Shown here piece after piece: positions 32,651-42,712 of a stretch of DNA of 64,000 nucleotides. The notes beneath the pieces were generated by a model. It was not told where the DNA came from, made no database searches, and worked only from the letters and a program-made list of their open reading frames with translations. The DNA comes from an uncultured Chloroflexia bacterium (GTDB lineage Bacteria > Chloroflexota > Dehalococcoidia > DSTF01 > WHTK01): contig CAVYAY010000003.1 in NCBI GenBank assembly GCA_963766645.1, positions 554,926 through 618,925 on the forward strand, read 5' to 3'. Within the stretch, counting starts at the first letter, position 1. Each line of letters opens with the position of its first letter. Both the position numbers and the translations under genes were made by a program.

Positions 32651-33019
32651 ATGACGCTCGCAATCGACCACACCATCATCCCATCTCACGACCAGGAAAA
32701 TGCCGCGCGCTTCATCGCGAAGATGTTCGGACTAAGCTACGACGGTAAGTGGAGCCACTTCTCACCCGTCAAGGTCGGAGAGCTATCGCTCGATTTTGAC
32801 GACCGGGAGAAGTTCGAGCCGCACCACTACGCGTTCCTTGCCGCGGACGAAGACTTCGACGCCATACTGGGCCGCGTACAGGTGGAAGGCATCCCCTACG
32901 GCAGCGGACCGTTCAACCAGGACGACATGCAGATCAACCACCTCCACGGTGGCCGCGGCTTCTACTTCCGCGACTCCGACGGTCACAGCTGGGAAGTCAT
33001 CACGCACACGTACGTATAG
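32651..33019 (+). CDS. VOC family protein
   Basis: IDHTII, HYAFL, GGRGFYFRDSDGHSWEVIT; SD GGAGG. Confidence 0.9.
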   Translation: MTLAIDHTIIPSHDQENAARFIAKMFGLSYDGKWSHFSPVKVGELSLDFDDREKFEPHHYAFLAADEDFDAILGRVQVEGIPYGSGPFNQDDMQINHLHGGRGFYFRDSDGHSWEVITHTYV

Positions 33020-33083
33020 CCACCCACGCCGGGCTGCAGTCCTTGATCGTGTCCACCAGCTAGGTCTCTAACGGAGTCCGCTC

Positions 33084-33893
33084 ATGACGCAGCACGAGGA
33101 GGCGGTCAGCGGCTATAACCTTGGCGGCAGTCAGGCCGCGCAGTCCATGTTTGGCCGGCGCTCGGCCACGGATGACGCCGCGTTTCTCTTGCCTCTCCTG
33201 AAGTCTGGCATGAGTGTTGTCGATTGCGGTTGCGGCAGGGGAAACATCACCATCGGACTGGCCCAGGTTGTCACGCCTGGCGAGGTGGTTGGCTTCGACT
33301 TCCAGGAGTCGGCGATCGAAGCGGCAAAGAAATCCGCTGCGTCCGAAGGCGTCAACAACGTACGCTTCGAGGTCGCGGACGTGTACGACCCTCCTCTGCC
33401 AGACGCATCGTTCGATGTCGCTTTCTTCAGCGGCGTGCTGGCCCACCTGGAGGAGCCGGAGCGCGCTCTGGTGATCGCATTCAGACTGTTGAAGCCGGGC
33501 GGATTGATCGCGGCCGTCGAGCCGCAGAAGGGTAGCGACTGGTTCGCCGGACCGCATTCCGAGCACATGAAGAGGATCGCCGAAGCCTCGGTGAGAACAT
33601 GGCGTAGCGATCCGATGTTGGGTCTCAGGCTGCCAGCTCTGCTTCGAGAAAACGGCTTCATCCGCGTCGAGACGGCGCCGGGTTATGCGCCTGCGCTCTC
33701 TTCTCCAAAGGCCAATTTGGCGCTCATGGAGCGTTTCAGTCACGAGCCCGAGATGGTCGAGCGACTCATTCAGATGGGAATCGCCACGAGCGAAGACCTG
33801 CCGCGCCTCCTTGAGGAAATACGAGTCTGGGGCGAAAGCGAGGAGTCGGTTGTTGCCTTCGCCGAGTGCCGTGCTATCGGCTGGAAGCCCTGA
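33084..33893 (+). CDS. Class I SAM-dependent methyltransferase
   Basis: VVDCGCGRG, DASFDV, RLLKPGG. Confidence 0.88.
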   Translation: MTQHEEAVSGYNLGGSQAAQSMFGRRSATDDAAFLLPLLKSGMSVVDCGCGRGNITIGLAQVVTPGEVVGFDFQESAIEAAKKSAASEGVNNVRFEVADVYDPPLPDASFDVAFFSGVLAHLEEPERALVIAFRLLKPGGLIAAVEPQKGSDWFAGPHSEHMKRIAEASVRTWRSDPMLGLRLPALLRENGFIRVETAPGYAPALSSPKANLALMERFSHEPEMVERLIQMGIATSEDLPRLLEEIRVWGESEESVVAFAECRAIGWKP

Positions 33894-33915
33894 GACCTGC
33901 TTGAAAGAGAAAGAC

Positions 33916-33951
33916 CCGTCCGGCGCTCCCCCGCTAAAAAAGCGCCGGACG
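33916..33951. terminator. Hairpin between convergent genes
   Basis: CGTCCGGCGCT..AGCGCCGGACG with a T-rich tail on the minus strand. Confidence 0.55.
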
Positions 33952-33958
33952 AGTCCAG

Positions 33959-34750
33959 TTAAGCTTCGAGCAGGTGCTCCCGAACCCGCTCGATAACTTG
34001 CTTCGTCACGCCGCAGGCGGCCAGGAACGCCTCGACGGACCCGTAGCGCTCGTCGAAGGCGCGCAAGAAGTGCAGCATCGTGTCCGGCTTCGCCGCCAGC
34101 TTGCTACGGTCAATCGTCTCGTCGAATACGCGGCCCATCAGTTCCATGCGGCGCCGCATTCGGTCGATATCGGGCGCGCCGGACAGCGCGTAGTCTTCAA
34201 TGACCTGCTCGTCCGAAACACCCATCGCGCGTAGCAGCACCGCGCTGACCATTCCCGTGCGGTCCTTGCCGGCGGCGCAGAAGAACGCTGCCGGGTAATT
34301 CTCGTTTTCCGCCAACGCCGTGAACACGCCGTAGAAGCAGCTCTGCGCCCCCTCAGTCATCGTCATGTACTCGGCCGCGGCGACCTCGCCGGTCGCCAGC
34401 GCGACCTCGCGCATCCGGTTCGGGTCCTCGCCCAGCTTCGGCAGATACGGCATGTGATGATGCCGAGCACCGCTCTCGAACAGCGCACCGGGAGCCATGT
34501 GCGCCAGCTCCTCCGGTGTCCGCAGGTCGAACCCGGCGGCTAATTGCAGCCCTTCGGCCGCGAGCGTTTCGATGTCGCCCTCGGTGAGCCAGGTCAGCGC
34601 ATCGCTGCGGAACAGCATCCGCCAACGGACCGTCCGCCCATCTGCACCTTCATATCCGCCGAGGTCTCGAAAGTTACCGCAGCCGGCGAGGGTTAGTTTG
34701 CGTTCGTGCATCTCTGTATCAATCATATCGACTGCACTTCCTAAGCTCAC
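33959..34750 (-). CDS. Tyrosine-protein phosphatase (Y_phosphatase3 type)
   Basis: NFRDLGGY, LFRSD, DLRT, CAAGKDRTG active site. Confidence 0.92.
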   Translation of the reverse strand: MSLGSAVDMIDTEMHERKLTLAGCGNFRDLGGYEGADGRTVRWRMLFRSDALTWLTEGDIETLAAEGLQLAAGFDLRTPEELAHMAPGALFESGARHHHMPYLPKLGEDPNRMREVALATGEVAAAEYMTMTEGAQSCFYGVFTALAENENYPAAFFCAAGKDRTGMVSAVLLRAMGVSDEQVIEDYALSGAPDIDRMRRRMELMGRVFDETIDRSKLAAKPDTMLHFLRAFDERYGSVEAFLAACGVTKQVIERVREHLLEA

Positions 34751-34822
34751 GATCAGCCTAAGCGCCGGTGATTAAGGCGCCGTTAACCGGGATTAAAGAG
34801 TGGTAAACCAAACGCAGCTAAA

Positions 34823-36505
34823 ATGCATTTCGTGAACGCAGAAGAATTGCTCGCTCGCGGGCGGGAGGCGCTGGGGCGCGGCGACTGGGCTGCCGCGCGC
34901 GATGCTCTGCAGGAGGCCGTCGCGAACAGCGAATCAGCAGCAGCGCTCGAAGATCTCGGCACCGCGCTCTGGTGGCTCGACGATCAAGGCAACGTCCTGG
35001 AGACACGCGAGGCTGCTTTCCGCCTCTATCGCAGCGTCGGCGACACCCGCAGCGCCGCGCGCATGGCAACGCTCCTCGCTCTCGACTACGTCGATTACCG
35101 CAGTGACACCGCCGCCGCCAACGGCTGGATACAGCGCGCCGAGCACCTCCTGGACGGCATGCCAAATTCGGACGAGCATGCCTGGCTCCACCTCTACAAC
35201 GGGCTCAAGGCGCTCATGTTCGACGGCGACATCGAGCAGGCAAAGCAACGCCGCGATACCGCCCGCGCTCTCGCGCATGAGCTGAACAACCTCGATGTCG
35301 AGATGATGGTCGTCGGCCTCGATGCGCTGCTTCTGATCCGCGAAGGCAGGTTCACCGACGGTATGCTGCGGCTCGACGAGGCCATGACCGCGGCCACCAG
35401 CGGTGAGATGTCAGACCTACCCGCCATCGGCAACACGTGCTGCTTCCTGATTTACGCCTGCGAGGCGGTCGGCGACTATGACCGAGCGGCGCAGTGGTGC
35501 GAGCGCACCCGCGAGTTCTGCCGCCGCATGGGCATGGATGCTTTCTTCGCCATCTGCCGTAACAACTACGCCACAGTCCTGATCTGGAAGGGCGCATGGG
35601 ACGAAGCCGATGCCGAGCTGTCGGCGGCCCTGCGAGAACTACAGGTCCTCCGGCCCGCCTACGCCAAGGAGAGTCTTGCCAAGCTCGGCGAGCTGCGCCG
35701 CAAGCAGGGACGCCTTGGCGAGGCGGAAGCGCTGTTTCAGCAGGCCGACCCGCACCGGCTTTCGCTGATGGGACGCGCCGGCTTGGCCCTTGACCGCGCC
35801 GACCCACGAACCGCACTCGACTTCCTCGACCGCCAAATCCGGCGTATCGGCGACGAGGACGTCGGCGAACGCGCCTTCGCCCTTTCCCTCCGAGTTAGCG
35901 CACAGATCATGATGGGAGACACGGCATCCGCAGCAGCCAGCCTCGCCGATCTCGAGACTGCCGTCAGCCCCATCGGGACACAGCCGCTACGTGCGACGGT
36001 AAATGCTGCGCGAGGCGCCGTCGCCCGCGCCCTCGGCCAACTCGACAAGGCCAAGCTGCACTATGAGGACGCCATCGACCTCTTTGAAGCGAGCGATGCC
36101 GGGTTTGACGCGGCGCGCTTGCGCCTTGACCTGGCGGACGTCCTGCGAGAGCTTGGGCGGGCGTCGACAGCGCTGGAGCAGGCGATTCTCGCCCAGGGAG
36201 TCTTCAAGCGCCTTGGCGCCAGAACTCTCAGCGAGGCGTCCTCGAGGATTATTGAAGCCCTCGCCGCAAGTATGGGCCAGCCGCCCAGCGGCCCGTTGCC
36301 ATACGGCTTGACACCGCGGGAAGCCGAGGTCCTCTGGCTCATCGCCGCTGGCAAGACGAACCAGGAGATCGCCGAAGACCTTGTCCTCAGTATCCGCACG
36401 GTCGAAAGACACATCTCGACTGTGTACGAGAAGCTCAACCTCAACGGCCGCGCCGCACGCGCTTCCGCTGCTGCCATCGCCGTCAACCTCCGCGCCAACA
36501 CTTAG
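34823..36505 (+). CDS. TPR-like/LuxR C-terminal transcriptional regulator
   Basis: Helical repeats, then GLTPREAEVL..GKTNQEIAEDL..TVERH. Confidence 0.9.
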   Translation: MHFVNAEELLARGREALGRGDWAAARDALQEAVANSESAAALEDLGTALWWLDDQGNVLETREAAFRLYRSVGDTRSAARMATLLALDYVDYRSDTAAANGWIQRAEHLLDGMPNSDEHAWLHLYNGLKALMFDGDIEQAKQRRDTARALAHELNNLDVEMMVVGLDALLLIREGRFTDGMLRLDEAMTAATSGEMSDLPAIGNTCCFLIYACEAVGDYDRAAQWCERTREFCRRMGMDAFFAICRNNYATVLIWKGAWDEADAELSAALRELQVLRPAYAKESLAKLGELRRKQGRLGEAEALFQQADPHRLSLMGRAGLALDRADPRTALDFLDRQIRRIGDEDVGERAFALSLRVSAQIMMGDTASAAASLADLETAVSPIGTQPLRATVNAARGAVARALGQLDKAKLHYEDAIDLFEASDAGFDAARLRLDLADVLRELGRASTALEQAILAQGVFKRLGARTLSEASSRIIEALAASMGQPPSGPLPYGLTPREAEVLWLIAAGKTNQEIAEDLVLSIRTVERHISTVYEKLNLNGRAARASAAAIAVNLRANT

Positions 36506-36523
36506 GCGGCCAACACTTAGGCG
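36494..36523 (+). repeat. 15-bp tandem duplication spanning the luxR stop codon
   Basis: GCCAACACTTAGGCG twice. Confidence 0.85.
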
Positions 36524-36675
36524 ATCGAAGCCCAACTTACGTGTTCGGAAAGACACAGGTTGCGTGCCGGCACGCATGGCCCGCATCAAGCATCCGCCTA
36601 ATCTGCGGTGTCCCGTGAGTTGCCGGACGCGACAGCACCCGGCAACCACGGGAACTAGCCAACAAGGAGAGGAAG

Positions 36676-37047
36676 ATGCACAGCAAGCAGACAGACGTCC
36701 CGGTCGCCTTCGAAATGCCGGAGGGCAAGTTGCGATTTGTCGAGTGGGGTGGCATGACCATCGAAATGGGCCAGATGGCGCAGACTATGGACCCCGCCCC
36801 GCTGTTCCAGGGGCTCAAAGACGACCGCTGTCAGTGCGCGCATTGGGGCGTCGTCACGAAGGGCTCCCTGCGCTACCGCTACGCCGACCACGAAGAGGTC
36901 TATTCAGCGGGAGAGATCTACTACGCGCCTCCCGGTCATCTGCCCATCCTCGAAGCGGGCGCTGAGTACGTCGAGTTCAGTCAGACGGATGAGCTGGCAA
37001 AGACGATGGCCGTCGTCGAGCGCAACCTGGCCTCGATGGCCCCTTAG
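36676..37047 (+). CDS. Cupin-domain protein
   Basis: CQCAHWGVV..G, AGEIYYAPPGH. Confidence 0.85.
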   Translation: MHSKQTDVPVAFEMPEGKLRFVEWGGMTIEMGQMAQTMDPAPLFQGLKDDRCQCAHWGVVTKGSLRYRYADHEEVYSAGEIYYAPPGHLPILEAGAEYVEFSQTDELAKTMAVVERNLASMAP

Positions 37048-37077
37048 GCGCAGAACGAGTAAGAAAGGGAAGATCAG

Positions 37078-37407
37078 ATGGCAGGCAAGAAGTTTGGTTT
37101 TGTCCTGGCGGAGAAGGTACCCGGTTCCTACTTCGCACTCTCGGAGGCAGAGCGTGAGGAGCCCGGCAAGGCTTTCGAAGCGCTACTGACAAAGTACTCG
37201 GGCAAGGTGGACATGGTCCGTCGCTACTGGACTCGGGCATTTACGAGCGAGGTTACCGACGTGTTCGTAATGGAATGCGACGACGTGATGGACATGCACA
37301 AGCTGGTCCAGGAACTGAACCAGATGATGGGCGCCGCCGGTGGCGACCCCGAGCGCTTCGGCACGGATGTCTCGCTATGGGCCGGCGTTAACCCCGACGC
37401 GGGTTAG
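37078..37407 (+). CDS. Small darcynin/dimeric alpha-beta-barrel-like protein
   Basis: YFALSEAERE..AFTSEVTDVFVMECDD pattern resembles the darcynin/chlorite-dismutase-like fold. Confidence 0.55.
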   Translation: MAGKKFGFVLAEKVPGSYFALSEAEREEPGKAFEALLTKYSGKVDMVRRYWTRAFTSEVTDVFVMECDDVMDMHKLVQELNQMMGAAGGDPERFGTDVSLWAGVNPDAG

Positions 37408-37450
37408 CGGGTCAAAAAATCGCCGGAGAACCTCACAAAGGAGCAACGTC

Positions 37451-38815
37451 ATGAACGCAGAAGCCCTCACCGTCTTGGTCGGCCGCGTTACAGGCCGGGT
37501 GATCAGCCCGACAGACGCCTCCTTTGACGAGGCACGCCGGGTCTGGAACGGCATGATCGACAAGCGCCCCGGCCTGATCGTCCAGCCCGCCGCCGTCGAC
37601 GATGTCATCGCCGCCGTCAACTTCGCGCGAGGCGAGGGTCTGGCGATCTCCGCGCGCGGCGGCGGGCACCATGCGGCCGGCGGCGCCGTCAACGACGGCG
37701 GCCTCGTCATCGACCTCTCCCTGCTGCGCGACGTTTCCTACGATGCGTCGACCCAGACGGCCCGTGCCCATGGCGGTGCGTTGCTGAAGGACCTCGACGG
37801 CGCGACCCTGCCCCACGGGCGTGCGGTTCCTACCGGCGTCTTCGGCGAGACCGGCATCGCCGGACTCACCCTCGGCGGTGGCTACGGTTGGCAATCTCGG
37901 CTGCGTGGCCTGACCTGCGACAGTCTGATCGGCGCCGACGTCGTAACGGCAGACGGCAAGTTCCTCAGAGCCAGCCAGTCCGAGAACCCCGACCTGCTCT
38001 GGGCCCTGCGCGGCGGCGGCCAGAACCTTGGCGTCGTAACGTCTTTCGATTATCAGACCCACCCAATGCCGCCGGAGGTCTTTCTGACCTTTGTGGCTTA
38101 CCCGCTGGCCGAAGCGAAGCAGGTCCTCAAGAAGCTACAGGCCTTTACTGCCACCGGACCCCGAGAGCTCGGCCTGATCGCGGTTATCTGGACCTTTCCC
38201 TCCGGCGTGCCGTTCCCTGAGTCGATCTGGGGACATCAGTTCATCGGCATCGTCGGGCCCTACATTGGTCCTGCCAGCGATGGAGAGCGCGCGTCCCAGC
38301 CACTGCGTGAAATGGGCACGGTGCTCTTCGACGCCAGCGAAACGATGCCGTTCGGCGTGGTACAGACCTTTTTCGACGAGGAGTACCCTACCGGGCGCCG
38401 CTACTACTGGCGCTCTTCCTACCTGCGCGAGCTAAGCGATGAGGCCCTGGACAAGATCGTCGACCTCGGCGGCCGCCGCCCGTCGCCCCTCACGTCGCTC
38501 GACATCTGGGTTCTCGGCGGCGCCATCGGCGCTTTCGGGCCGGACGAAACCCCGATCGCCCACAGAGGCGCGCCATTCATGGCCGGCATCGAGTCCAACT
38601 GGGACGACCCCGCGGACGACGCCGCCAACGTCGGCTGGGCGCGAGAGGTGTTTGCGGCCCTGGAGCCGTTCTCCACCGGCGGCTCTTACGTGAATTTCGA
38701 GGACCCCAACGACCCGGTGCGAGTCGCCGCGGTCTACGGCCCCAACTACCAGCGCCTCACGGAAATCAAGCGCAAGTACGACCCCGAAAACCGCTTCGGC
38801 TCAAGACGCGGCTAG
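37451..38815 (+). CDS. FAD-binding oxidoreductase (BBE-like)
   Basis: RGGGHH, GLTLGGGYG, WALRGGG, YVNF, KYDPENRF. Confidence 0.92.
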   Translation: MNAEALTVLVGRVTGRVISPTDASFDEARRVWNGMIDKRPGLIVQPAAVDDVIAAVNFARGEGLAISARGGGHHAAGGAVNDGGLVIDLSLLRDVSYDASTQTARAHGGALLKDLDGATLPHGRAVPTGVFGETGIAGLTLGGGYGWQSRLRGLTCDSLIGADVVTADGKFLRASQSENPDLLWALRGGGQNLGVVTSFDYQTHPMPPEVFLTFVAYPLAEAKQVLKKLQAFTATGPRELGLIAVIWTFPSGVPFPESIWGHQFIGIVGPYIGPASDGERASQPLREMGTVLFDASETMPFGVVQTFFDEEYPTGRRYYWRSSYLRELSDEALDKIVDLGGRRPSPLTSLDIWVLGGAIGAFGPDETPIAHRGAPFMAGIESNWDDPADDAANVGWAREVFAALEPFSTGGSYVNFEDPNDPVRVAAVYGPNYQRLTEIKRKYDPENRFGSRRG

Positions 38816-39228
38816 CCCTCTTCGTCCTCTACCAAAACGCCGCATCGAGTCAGGCGACGTTTTGCTTTCCACAAGAATACGCATCCCCCGCCGCCTTCAG
38901 TGCGGTCTCGGGGAAGAGCCCCGGCTTCAATAATAAAGGGCCGGCGGGAGCCGCAGTCGGGGCTCGCCGCCGGCCACCGTCGAGAGCGCGCCGCTGGGGC
39001 CTGGCGGCGGGTGCTCGGTTCGTCTGTCTTCACGCTACAGCCGCTTCGTGAAGGGCTGCTTAACGGAAGTAAAGATTCCGTTAATCTCCCTACGCATTCA
39101 CCCCAACGCAACCGAGAATTCTTCTGTACACGGCATCTTTACAGCTCTTTTACTCAATTCTGGTTTCACTGCACCGCACATGGCGATACTCATTATGTTG
39201 AGGCCGCGGTAGCAGAAGGAGGCCGGTC

Positions 39229-39855
39229 ATCGCACTCGTCCTGGCTCCCGTCCTGCGGCGCAGCACGCCACTCAGTTTCGTCCGAAGCCTCTCCCTCAAT
39301 GACGCCGCATTCGTGGTCGGCTGGGAGGTTCAGTCCCAACTCTCGAACGTGATTCTCGTGTCGCTCATAGCCTTCGTCTCGATCTGGGCTGCGCTGGCCA
39401 CGATGCTCGCCTGGTCCCTCATCGCCCACGTCCTCTACCACAAGGCACGCGAGCATGGTCTACCCGACCTTGTCACGGTCCAGGCGCCCAAGCGTGGCTG
39501 CGGCCGATCTACCTTTGCGCGCCACGCCGCCGGTTCCGCTGTACGCGTCTGGTTCGTCGGTCTGCACAACCTCGTTTTCGCTCGCGTCGCCAGCACCATC
39601 CTCCGCGGCGAAAAGGGCTTCGCCACACGGGTCCGCCGCATCGGCATCCTCAGCGTCGGCATGACACTCTTCGGTGTCACGACGGCGCAACACTTGCTGC
39701 GCCGCGCTGGATTCAATGGATCCTCCGTGCTCTACCGTGGCATGATCGGCCCCTTCCTCAACGTCCCTTACCGTATCTTCCTCAGTGCGGCGGCGATGCA
39801 CGCCGTCATGAGGCTCGTGGACACTCTCTGCAGTCTCGGCGGCTGTTTGTCCTGA
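39229..39855 (+). CDS. Hypothetical membrane protein (start uncertain, 39229 or 39313)
   Basis: Several hydrophobic segments; frame open from 39202; AGGAGG precedes an in-frame ATC. Confidence 0.55.
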   Translation: MALVLAPVLRRSTPLSFVRSLSLNDAAFVVGWEVQSQLSNVILVSLIAFVSIWAALATMLAWSLIAHVLYHKAREHGLPDLVTVQAPKRGCGRSTFARHAAGSAVRVWFVGLHNLVFARVASTILRGEKGFATRVRRIGILSVGMTLFGVTTAQHLLRRAGFNGSSVLYRGMIGPFLNVPYRIFLSAAAMHAVMRLVDTLCSLGGCLS

Positions 39856-39885
39856 CACGGGGAATAGGACCAGCGCTTTGCCTTG

Positions 39886-41705
39886 CTAGGCCTCGACCAC
39901 ATCCCGAGGCGCAGGTCCGATTAGCTGGTGTTCGTAGAGCCGCGCATAGCGCCCGTTGGCTTCGATCAGCTCAGCGTGCGTGCCTTGCTCCATGACGCGA
40001 CCTTCATCGATCACGAAGACGACGTCCGCGGCCAGCACAGTCGACAGGCGATGCGCGATCGCTAGCACGGTACGGCCGCGCGTGACGCGCTCCAGCGCCT
40101 CGCGTATGGCGCGCTCCGTGATGCTGTCCACGCTGGATGTCGCCTCGTCCAGGATCAGCACTGCCGGGTCTTTCAGCAGCGCCCTGGCAATGGCGACGCG
40201 CTGCTTCTCGCCGCCCGAAAGGCGGTAGCCGCGCTCCCCGACCACCGTGTCGTAGCCGTCCGGCAGCAGGCTGATGAATTCGTGGATGTTCGCCGCCCGT
40301 GCCGCCGCCTCCACCTCATCGTCGGTCGCCTCGGGACGGGCGTAGCGCAGGTTCTCAAGGATCGACGTGTGGAACAGGTACGGTTCCTGGTCCACCATCG
40401 CCACGTTATCGCTCAGCGTGTCCAGCGTCAGGTCCCTGACGTCCTGTCCGTCGATGAGCACGGAGCCAGCGTCAGCGTCGTACAAACGCGGCACGAGGAG
40501 CGCAATCGTCGTCTTGCCGGCGCCCGTCGCGCCGACCAGGGCCGCGAACTGCCCCGCCTCGACCCGCAGCGAGACGTCGCGCAATACCGGCTGGCCGCGG
40601 ACGTAGGAGAAGTCCACGTTGCGCAGCTCGATGTCGCCGCGGGGGTTGCGTCAGCTCGACCGCGCTTGCCTTCTCCTGGATATCGGGCTCGAGGTCGAGG
40701 TAGTCGAAGATGCGCTCGAACAGGGCCAGCGAACTCAGCACCGTGATCTGGACGTTGAGCAGCGACGTGATCGGCCCAAAGAGGCGCGGCAGCAGCGCCG
40801 CCATCGCCACGACGTCCCCAGCGTCACCTCGCCGTCGATCACGCGGTGCCCGCCGTACCAGTAAACGACGGCCGGTCCCAGCGTCCCGAACAGCCCCATA
40901 CCCATCTGGAACCAGCGCCCTACCATGGCCCGCCGGATGCTGAGGCCGCGGATGCGGTCGGCGACGCCTCGGAATCGGGCGGCCTCGTCCCCCTGGCGAC
41001 CGAAGGTCTTCATCAGCAGGATGCCGCTGACGGACAGCGTCTCTTGCATCTGCGAGTTCATCGTCGCCATCTCTTCCTGCGTTTCGCTCCACAACGCTCG
41101 CTGCACGTTGCCAACTCGGCGCGCCGGGATCACGAATACCGGGATGAAGACGATGGAGAACAGCGCCAGGCGCCAGTCAAGCGCCAGCATAATCACGAAC
41201 GTGCTGACAAGCGTGACCAGGTTGCCCAGCACGCCGCCCAGCGAGTCCTGGACCACGTTCTGCACCGAGCCCACGTCGTTGTTGATACGCGAGAGCGTCT
41301 CGCCGGTGCGGTTCGCCGTGAACCAGCGCAGCGACATGGACGAAAGGTGACGGTACAGCCGGTCGCGCAGGTCGAACATCACGGTCTGGCTGATCGAGTT
41401 GCCGAGGTAGGACTGCAAGACGCCGTTAAACGATGCCAGCAGGATGATCACCACCACGCCAACGATCAGCAGGTTCAGCTCGCCGCCGTCATGCTGGGGA
41501 TCGAATCGTCGATGATGCGCCTGATAATCAGCGGCGGCGCCAATCCCATCAACGACACGAACGTAATCGCGACCAGGTAGGCGGCCATCAGCGACTTGTG
41601 CGGCGTCAGCAGCCGTACAATGCGTTTGAACGTTGGCCAGGCGGGGCGCTGTGGCTTCCGCGGCGAGCCGTCAGGCGTCCTGCGCCACGAGACGTGATCT
41701 CTCAT
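39886..41705 (-). CDS. ABC exporter, fused permease/ATPase, frameshifted
   Basis: TMD, GATGAGKTT, LSGGEKQRVAIAR, ILDEATS, IAHRLST. Confidence 0.9.
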
Positions 41706-41746
41706 ATGTTGAGCTTACGTGATTCTGGAGTGCCGCGTAGGCGAAT

Positions 41747-42712
41747 CTACGGAGCAGGCGCCGTGCCGTCGACAGGCTCTTCGTCGAAGAGCTGCACGAA
41801 CTGCCAGCCGAAGCGCCCCTTGATGCAGAGGTTGCCTTCGGTCACGTCATGGTCCAACGGCGAGGTTACCTTGACGATGCGGTCGTCCTGCACGTGCAGC
41901 TCCAGCGTGCAGCCAACGCCGCAGTAGGGACAGATCGTGTCCGTCTTCGTCTGCTTGGTCTCGTCCCAGGTGCCTGCCTGCCGCATGTCGTACTCACTCT
42001 TGAACATGAGCGACCCCGTCGGGCAGACGGCGATGCAGTTGCCGCAATAGACGCAGGCTGAATCCCCCAGCGGCAACGCGAACTCGGTCGAAACACGCGC
42101 ATCGAAGCCGCGGCCGGCAATGCCCAAGGCGAACGTGTTCTGATGGTCGTAGCCGCACGCCTCGACGCACTTGTAGCAGAGGATGCAGCGCGAATAATCG
42201 CGGACGTAGAGGTTGTTGTCGATCTTCGCCGGCTGATGCACCGTCTCCGTGCTGCCATCCGTGGGGTGGTGGTGTCCGGCCGTCGCGGCATCGCGCTCGC
42301 CTTCGGCCGCTGGCGCTGCTGTCCCGCCGAAGCGCCCCGGCCGGGCGCCGTAGCGCTCCAGATAGCCCTGCACCTCCGGCGGCGCGTACGACAGGTCCAC
42401 CGACGATGCCAGGAACTCCAGCACAAGCCGCCGGCTGTGTTCGACCCGCTCGCTGTCAGTCTTGACGACCATGCCTTTCTCTACCGGGCGCGAGCAAGCG
42501 GGCACCAGCGCGCGCGAGCCCTCCAGCTCGACGACGCAGACGCGGCAGACGTTCACCGGCGTCAGAGTCTCGAGGTAGCAGAGAGTCGGCGTGTCGATAC
42601 CTTGCTCACGGCACGCTTCGAGGATCGTCGTCCCTTCCGACACGCTGACCGGCCGGCCGTCAATCGTCAGCTCGACCTGGCGGGTGGGCGCTGCGGCACG
42701 GCTCGTCGTCAT
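41747..42712 (-). CDS. Formate dehydrogenase Fe-S subunit (NuoG/FdsA N-terminal-like)
   Basis: IDTPTLC..CRVCVVE..C, CILCYKC, CVYCGNC, TICPYCGVGC..LCIKGRFG. Confidence 0.9.
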   Translation of the reverse strand: MTTSRAAAPTRQVELTIDGRPVSVSEGTTILEACREQGIDTPTLCYLETLTPVNVCRVCVVELEGSRALVPACSRPVEKGMVVKTDSERVEHSRRLVLEFLASSVDLSYAPPEVQGYLERYGARPGRFGGTAAPAAEGERDAATAGHHHPTDGSTETVHQPAKIDNNLYVRDYSRCILCYKCVEACGYDHQNTFALGIAGRGFDARVSTEFALPLGDSACVYCGNCIAVCPTGSLMFKSEYDMRQAGTWDETKQTKTDTICPYCGVGCTLELHVQDDRIVKVTSPLDHDVTEGNLCIKGRFGWQFVQLFDEEPVDGTAPAP

